Origin: a virus
Lineage: Duplodnaviria; Caudoviricetes
Virus record (IMG/VR): IMGVR_UViG_3300037634_002466
Location: 1-57,691 of that record
Length of the DNA: 57,691 nt
Reading direction: 5' to 3' (one strand)
Shown here: piece by piece, positions 9,433-15,094 of the stretch
Layout of the letters: each line of letters begins with the position of its first letter
How positions within the stretch are numbered: the stretch's first letter is position 1
Position numbers and translations under genes: made by a program
The notes under the pieces: model-generated
What the model was told of the DNA's origin: nothing
Seen by the model: the letters and a program-made list of their open reading frames with translations, nothing else
Database searches by the model: none

Positions 9433-10432
9433 CAGGTAGTGGTTCTCCTTTCTTGAGCAGAGAGTATCCTTCCATTAAATTTTCTTTAGTTAAGGTAGGA
9501 GATACATCGCAGTTCTCGACATAATCTGTAATGATCTGCTCGTTAATCGTAAACAAATCTCTATTAGGTTTATACTTAGATATTTCATCGTCATCTCCGA
9601 ACGCAGGGGCTACTTTAATATCTAACTCCTCTACACGCAAGTTCTCACATAACTCAGAGGCAGACTCATCTGATCGTAATGCTACTCGTAACATAGTATA
9701 CCAACTAGCGTCACTTAATTCCTTAGCACGATCATTGGCATCCTCTAAAGAAGTTACCACATGTCTGGGTCCGAATCGTATTTCTTTGAATTCTTCCCTG
9801 ACAGGTCCGAGGGCTTCTTCATGAAGGACAAGATAATATCCTTGGGTTCCTGCTTCACCATAGTTTGTGCTGTACGGAGTGCCAAGAATTGTAACCAATC
9901 CATTTTGTTTAAAGTTATGAATATGTCCAAGGTAAGTTTTACACTTAAAGTCAGAGATGCTAAGAGTAGAATCGGCATCACCAACAGAATTGAGACTACC
10001 GAGATAACCAAAGTGCCCAAAAGCTTGAGCGTTTTGAGGGCACCGTGACAGATACGCTCTAATAGTGTCCTCATTTTCGTAATGTGGGATGAAATATTTA
10101 TCATTATAAACTCCAAATCGGTTCCAAACATGGACATACTGAGATCTATACACTTCTAATGCTGTCAGACCATTATCTGATTTATCAGCAGAATCGTGAT
10201 TGCCTCTCAAAAGGTGTACAGTTATACTAGCATCTGTCCAAATGTCTAGCAACTCTTTAAACCCAACCAATACTTTTGGAGTGGGATTTCTATGCATGAA
10301 TATGTCCCCTAGAAAAATAATCTCTCCAGGATTCTCTTCAGCAATAATAGATTCTATAGTAGCTAGTTGAGCATTAAGATGCCCCCTACTTTTACTATCT
10401 AAATGAATGTCTCCTATAACTACAGTTCTCAT
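9422..10432 (-). CDS. gp47: SbcD/Mre11-like metallophosphoesterase nuclease
   Basis: GDIH, LGDIF, GNHD, GHIH motifs; adjacent to gp46. Confidence 0.93.
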   Translation of the reverse strand: MRTVVIGDIHLDSKSRGHLNAQLATIESIIAEENPGEIIFLGDIFMHRNPTPKVLVGFKELLDIWTDASITVHLLRGNHDSADKSDNGLTALEVYRSQYVHVWNRFGVYNDKYFIPHYENEDTIRAYLSRCPQNAQAFGHFGYLGSLNSVGDADSTLSISDFKCKTYLGHIHNFKQNGLVTILGTPYSTNYGEAGTQGYYLVLHEEALGPVREEFKEIRFGPRHVVTSLEDANDRAKELSDASWYTMLRVALRSDESASELCENLRVEELDIKVAPAFGDDDEISKYKPNRDLFTINEQIITDYVENCDVSPTLTKENLMEGYSLLKKGEPLPDED

Positions 10433-11505
10433 AGAACAGGTCTCCCATCTTTAAACTCTACCTCTTTACCATCTCCAAAGGAAGTACCAACTTCAGCATC
10501 AATCTTCAATGGGAGGTTAAACTGAATACCGAAGTCCTTTTTAACTGTCTTATATTTTACCATCTCATCGTACACAATCTCTAACACCTCCTCCACCTCA
10601 TCGTGAGGAGCGATAATCTCTACAGAGTCATGTACGGTTGCTACGATACGGGCATTGAGTCCCTTAAACGATTGCGTGATACCTTTGATCGCACAGAGCA
10701 GTATGTCAGACGCTGCGCTTTGGATTGTAAAGTTAAGTCCTTGTCGAAGCGCACCACTAGAAACTTGATTATCGCGTGAGAGTACATCAGGAAGATTCCT
10801 CCTCCTACCAAATATAGTATATGCATATTGGTTTTGTCTAATAAAATCATGGACGAAATCCATGTAGCGGAAAATGCCAGGATAAACTTCTGCGTACTTT
10901 TCAATTATCTTCTCTGCTCTTCTTTGTGAGATGCCTGTAGTTTCCGAAAGACGGTATGCTCCACCTCCATAAGCAATAAGGAACGATACCGCTTTAGCAA
11001 TCTGTCGTTCCTTCTTCTTGATCTTCTCTTCTTTCTTCTGGAACAACAAACTTGCCGTATAAGTATGTAGGTCTACCCCAGCACTAAATGCCTCCTGCAT
11101 CTTAGTTTCTTTAGCAATGTGCGCTAGAACCCTCAACTCCATCGCAGCATAGTCTACTGTAATAAAGGAGTATCCTTCAGGAGCAGTAAACATACTCCTA
11201 ATATTGTGCTTGTCCTCTCTGGGTAGAGTGTGGAACGATACACCCATATTACTATAAGAAGCACAACTAAGACGACCAGTTAAAGTCCCGTCCATTCGGT
11301 AATCTACATACACCTTATTAACATCATTAATATCTACTGCTCTCTTAATACCGTTCACATAAGTATTATACAGCTTTTGTACTTTGCGTAGCTCTAGTAA
11401 GGAATCTAACCAACCCTTAGCCTCACGCAAATCTTCCGTAGACTTCTTGCTAATGTAGTCTGCGCTGATCTGCTTGTCTAGGTTCTTATTATTTCTTCTT
11501 GCCAC
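10429..11505 (-). CDS. polA: Family A DNA polymerase, C-terminal piece (distal thumb, palm, fingers)
   Basis: ELRKVQKLYNTY, TGRLS, motif A DYAAMELRVLAH, DLH, motif B RQIAKAVSFLIAYG, NFTIQSAASD, motif C TVHDS; GTG start with GGAG upstream. Confidence 0.92.
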   Translation of the reverse strand: MARRNNKNLDKQISADYISKKSTEDLREAKGWLDSLLELRKVQKLYNTYVNGIKRAVDINDVNKVYVDYRMDGTLTGRLSCASYSNMGVSFHTLPREDKHNIRSMFTAPEGYSFITVDYAAMELRVLAHIAKETKMQEAFSAGVDLHTYTASLLFQKKEEKIKKKERQIAKAVSFLIAYGGGAYRLSETTGISQRRAEKIIEKYAEVYPGIFRYMDFVHDFIRQNQYAYTIFGRRRNLPDVLSRDNQVSSGALRQGLNFTIQSAASDILLCAIKGITQSFKGLNARIVATVHDSVEIIAPHDEVEEVLEIVYDEMVKYKTVKKDFGIQFNLPLKIDAEVGTSFGDGKEVEFKDGRPVL

Positions 11506-11974
11506 GCTTTTCTAACTCCGCTTCAATTTGGGTTAAAAGTGTATCTAGGGATTGTTTGTTAGTAGAAGGATTTCCTTTACTTGTCATTACAGGGGGGTAA
11601 AAACCAAACCCCGAATCAGAGTAGAGAATATCAATAAGATCTTTTGTGGACATCAAGTTTGCAGTCTTCGCTACCTTGTCTGACACATACAATCCATCTT
11701 CGATATCCATCAACAACTGATTCAGGGTTCGGCCCACCACACCCAACTCATCTAAGCTAACATCCAATCCTTTATATTCAATGTCTGCGAATACAGGGAA
11801 AAGAGGAGAAAGAAGTTTGTCTAGCACAGGTAATGTACCGTTCGCCACCAGTTTATCCCTTAGTTCATCATATATCCTCAAAGTATATGACGCATCTAAA
11901 GCATTACCTGTTGCACACTCCTCCAAAGTAAGTGCGGCCCAATCAAACTTCTTTCCCTCTTTTACTGTAAGCAT
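11489..11974 (-). CDS. polA: Family A DNA polymerase, middle piece (ExoIII helix and proximal thumb)
   Basis: ECATGNALDASYT (ExoIII-like YxxxD position), LFPVFADIEYKGL, ANLMSTKDLIDILY, TSKGNPSTNKQSL match the PolA thumb. Confidence 0.85.
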   Translation of the reverse strand: MLTVKEGKKFDWAALTLEECATGNALDASYTLRIYDELRDKLVANGTLPVLDKLLSPLFPVFADIEYKGLDVSLDELGVVGRTLNQLLMDIEDGLYVSDKVAKTANLMSTKDLIDILYSDSGFGFYPPVMTSKGNPSTNKQSLDTLLTQIEAELEKRGKKK

Positions 11975-12249
11975 TAGTTAACCACATCCCTTAACAGTAG
12001 TAACATACTTGTTGATCCAATTACCATTGCGCAAGCGCAACAGAATGTAATTTTTAATCGTGTTTTTGTGTCTTTGCTGTCTATGAAATACTTAATACTT
12101 AAGAAGTTAATGAAGGGGAGAGAGAACCCTAAAAACATCTGAGCTATGATCTGTTCATGTGCTATCAGGTAACCATAGCAAGAGGCAACAAAGTCTCCCA
12201 AAACAGTTAGGAGAAAAACAGCAAGGTATTTCTTCGGTGTCATTATCAT
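11974..12249 (-). CDS. Small integral membrane protein, about 3 TM helices
   Basis: Three hydrophobic stretches; TAATG stop/start overlaps at both ends; GGAG RBS. Confidence 0.7.
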   Translation of the reverse strand: MIMTPKKYLAVFLLTVLGDFVASCYGYLIAHEQIIAQMFLGFSLPFINFLSIKYFIDSKDTKTRLKITFCCACAMVIGSTSMLLLLRDVVN

Positions 12250-13259
12250 TAGAAGTTCTCCAATTCTTCGGGGAAGAAGAGTTTCACTAGATCCATGAGA
12301 CTCTTCGGGAGGACTTCGTTATACAGGTGTGCCATGATTTTTGTATCGTACACATTCACAGGAGAAATGCCATACTTGAGGAGGAACTTAATATCAAACT
12401 TACAGTTCTGGAGGATCTTCTTATTGGCTTGATTCTCCAGTACCCACTTCACATGAGTTACCAGTATACTAGCACCCTCATCCTCAGTAAAAGGACTTTC
12501 TCTATGAAATATCGGAATAACCCAATTTCCTTTAGACGTACTAAAGGCTATGGTCATAATGGTGTCTGTTAAAAAGTTAAGCCCTGTTGTCTCAATGTCA
12601 CACGCTAGGTCATTGCTAGTTTGGGCTAAATCATCACAGACTTTCTCCACATCTTCCATAGTAGAGAGCAGAGTGTAATCAAAGTCTGCCTTGGTTGTAT
12701 TTCCAAACACATACTTATCAACAGAGTTCTTAATGTCCCTCTCAAAGAGAAACTTATTCTTGGGTTCAACCACTACTTGATACGGGTGATACAAAGGAAC
12801 CACATTATAATCTTCGTACTTGTATAGAGACCCTCTCTTGTTAGTAATCCCAGACTTTTTAATAAGCATCTTCATGGCTAGGTTACCACAAACAAACACT
12901 AGCTTGGGTTTGTAGCTATCTATAGTGTGGGACAAGTGGGCTCTACAAATCTCCCTGTCTGAAGGGGTCATATCATCATCTCTAACACTAGGGCACTTTA
13001 CAGATGGAGAGAACGCATAAGAAACTTTAAGTGGGACTATAATATCTTCGATGAGGTCTTTTGCTTGCTTAGGTAAGGGGATACACTTCCCATTATTTTT
13101 ACAGGCATAGGACTCAGTAACGAACAAGACATCTACAGGCTTAACACTCTCATAATCAACAATACAATGTTCAGACTTGTTGATCTTAAGAATGGAGCAA
13201 CCCTCACATAGAGGATTGATACCCACTCCGCTCTCAGCATATAAATTATTAAGGTTCAT
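12249..13259 (-). CDS. Family A DNA polymerase, N-terminal piece: family-4 UDG-like Fe-S domain fused to 3'-5' exonuclease (ExoI, ExoII)
   Basis: CEGC...VKCP...EIC cluster cysteines, KPKLVFVCG, RG, PLYHP (UDG4); ACDIETTGL (ExoI), QNCKFD (ExoII), YDTKIMAHL. Confidence 0.88.
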   Translation of the reverse strand: MNLNNLYAESGVGINPLCEGCSILKINKSEHCIVDYESVKPVDVLFVTESYACKNNGKCIPLPKQAKDLIEDIIVPLKVSYAFSPSVKCPSVRDDDMTPSDREICRAHLSHTIDSYKPKLVFVCGNLAMKMLIKKSGITNKRGSLYKYEDYNVVPLYHPYQVVVEPKNKFLFERDIKNSVDKYVFGNTTKADFDYTLLSTMEDVEKVCDDLAQTSNDLACDIETTGLNFLTDTIMTIAFSTSKGNWVIPIFHRESPFTEDEGASILVTHVKWVLENQANKKILQNCKFDIKFLLKYGISPVNVYDTKIMAHLYNEVLPKSLMDLVKLFFPEELENF

Positions 13260-13599
13260 GGCGAAACACTACATAGACAACGACAGGTTTGAGGAACTGA
13301 TCTTATTATACCAGGAAGATCCAAGAAAACATGAGGAAGAGCTATTTTCTATGTTTGATCTTTTAATACAGAACATACTAGTATCTTACGGGTTTTCTGT
13401 AGACCTGGATGATGCCAAGCAAGACTGCTTCGTGCTTATTCTTAAAACCATAGAAAAATTTAAACCAGAGAACGGAAAGGCTTTTAATTACTTCACTACA
13501 ATTATAATGAATAATCTCAGACTTATCTACACAAAGAATAAGAAATATAAAGAGAAGCTGGATGCTTACGAAGAACTGATGAAAAATAAGTCTAGCTAA
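13258..13599 (+). CDS. gp55: Late-transcription sigma factor, T4 gp55-like
   Basis: MAKHYIDN..., DDAKQD, KFKPENGKAFNYFTTII resembles the gp55 region 2 (NF.PEK..AFAYFTQI). ATG 13258 is preferred over the TTG at 13177 because homologues begin near the HY(V/I)xN motif and AAGG precedes it. Confidence 0.75.
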   Translation: MAKHYIDNDRFEELILLYQEDPRKHEEELFSMFDLLIQNILVSYGFSVDLDDAKQDCFVLILKTIEKFKPENGKAFNYFTTIIMNNLRLIYTKNKKYKEKLDAYEELMKNKSS

Positions 13600-13895
13600 C
13601 CGTATCTTCGCATAGCTAACAACGAATACCCAACTATGTCCTGATAAGGATTCTCATCGAATGCGTCTGGGTCATTAGCTATACGAAAAAGTTTATCTAA
13701 TATCCTAGCAATCGTAAGGAGGTCACCATACTGATCTACTTGGATGCCGTTAGGAAACATTTCCTCCAAGCATCTCCCACTCCTACCAAAGGAATCACCA
13801 TAAGCTTTCTGCTTATCCTCAACAAGCTTCCCCACCATAGACCCTATATCTGAGTAGGTTCTTTCAGAAGCCTTCTTCGTATACTCTCCTTCCAT
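13596..13895 (-). CDS. Nucleotide-modification-associated domain 1 (Nmad1/DUF1599-like, all-alpha NTP-PPase fold)
   Basis: KQKAYGDSF...RILDKLFRI...ENPYQDIVGYSLL pattern. Confidence 0.7.
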   Translation of the reverse strand: MEGEYTKKASERTYSDIGSMVGKLVEDKQKAYGDSFGRSGRCLEEMFPNGIQVDQYGDLLTIARILDKLFRIANDPDAFDENPYQDIVGYSLLAMRRYG

Positions 13896-14218
13896 TACTT
13901 CTCCAAGCGTAGTCGTCTATAGATGTCAGTTACATGATCAGTGACGGTAAGTTTCTTATCCCTGCCTCTGCCCTCTAATACTACCAAGCACGGTGTCTTT
14001 TTCACACCCCAAATCACAAAACTATGTGGGGTGTCAAAAGAATTTACTATGCTTAAAGATATTTTAGGGGAGTTACCCTTTAATAGATTTGTAATCCTAG
14101 TAGATACGGGATCCCACAAAGAAGTATATAAAATATACTCCCTTTTACCACTAAACCTTTGATCTTTAATGAGTTTATTAATCTCATTCTCTTTAGAAAT
14201 AGTTCTAATATTATTCAT
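13895..14218 (-). CDS. Thioredoxin-fold protein lacking CxxC
   Basis: YTSLWDPVS at the WCxxC position; WGVKKTPCLVV cis-Pro motif. Confidence 0.55.
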   Translation of the reverse strand: MNNIRTISKENEINKLIKDQRFSGKREYILYTSLWDPVSTRITNLLKGNSPKISLSIVNSFDTPHSFVIWGVKKTPCLVVLEGRGRDKKLTVTDHVTDIYRRLRLEK

Positions 14219-14540
14219 CGTCGTCTAAATCTTCCAAAGCAGAGGTATCAAATGATACCTCCCCATCCTTAAGGTCCATGCTTTCAGATAATTTACTAAC
14301 TATATTCTGCTCCAAGGTTCCTAACCCCAAGAAGAATATAGATTTAAGAAAATCATCTTCCGAAATTTCGTCTGGTTTAGTGCCCCTCATAAAAGTGAGG
14401 TAAGCATCTGACTGCTCCTGGTCTAACTTTAAGGTAATCTTCATTCTATTCTTGCTCCTGTGTGTATAATTAAAAATCCATGAATCAATATCTAGAACAG
14501 TATCCTCTGTTACTATAGGTGTAATATCAACTTCGAACAT
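14211..14540 (-). CDS. Hypothetical protein with acidic tail
   Basis: 109 aa ORF; overlaps the next start; no recognised motif. Confidence 0.6.
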   Translation of the reverse strand: MFEVDITPIVTEDTVLDIDSWIFNYTHRSKNRMKITLKLDQEQSDAYLTFMRGTKPDEISEDDFLKSIFFLGLGTLEQNIVSKLSESMDLKDGEVSFDTSALEDLDDDE

Positions 14541-14542
14541 AA

Positions 14543-14553
14543 ACTATAATAGT
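14543..14553. promoter_or_regulatory. Symmetric -10-like element in a 29-bp divergent gap
   Basis: ACTAT-A-ATAGT dyad reads TATAAT on the plus strand and TATTAT on the minus strand. Confidence 0.45.
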
Positions 14554-14569
14554 ACAGTAGGAGATAAAC

Positions 14570-15094
14570 ATGGAAGATTTATACAATTTAGATAATATGC
14601 GTAAGAAACCTAAGCGTAAGAATAGTAAGGCTAAGGGGTCAGCGTTTGAAAGAAAGGTAGCAAAGCTTCTTAATGAACACTTTGAGACCACCGACTTCCA
14701 AAGGACTCCTGGCTCGGGTGCCTATGCTACCACACATACCCTTCCAGATCATCTAAAAATCCATGGAGATTTGATAACTCCTAAGAATTTCATCTATACC
14801 ATTGAATGTAAGAAGGGTTACAACGATCTGGACCTATACTCACTACTCAATCCAAAATCTAAGATCTATGATTTCATCAAACAGACAGAAAAAGATGCTG
14901 AAGAAGCAAATAAATCAGGATTAGTGTTGATGGCTCAGGATCGTCGTGATATTATAGTTTTAATTAAGCAAGATAGCCATATATGTAATCAACTAAAGCT
15001 TAACAATAAAAGAGTGATATACATACTGAAGGACTATGCCTTAACAGCATTTAAAGATCTACTAAGTATAGATAGGTCTTTATTCTTTAATTAA
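14570..15094 (+). CDS. Hjc-type Holliday junction resolvase (PD-(D/E)xK)
   Basis: SKAKGSAFERKVA, RTPGSG, GDL, IECK; AGGAG RBS. Confidence 0.85.
   Translation: MEDLYNLDNMRKKPKRKNSKAKGSAFERKVAKLLNEHFETTDFQRTPGSGAYATTHTLPDHLKIHGDLITPKNFIYTIECKKGYNDLDLYSLLNPKSKIYDFIKQTEKDAEEANKSGLVLMAQDRRDIIVLIKQDSHICNQLKLNNKRVIYILKDYALTAFKDLLSIDRSLFFN

Noticed and set aside
11489-11505. Programmed frameshift joining the second and third polymerase pieces
   Set aside because: It would need a +1 shift in a short window with no recognised slippery site, and a GTG with an upstream GGAG explains independent initiation. A sequencing indel remains possible and should be checked.
11974-12249. Group I intron or ribosomal-bypass gap restoring a single polymerase ORF
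   Set aside because: The segment is fully occupied by a coherent membrane ORF with an RBS and TAATG coupling at both ends. No intron core or matched take-off/landing codons with a stem-loop were recognised. Not excluded without RNA data.
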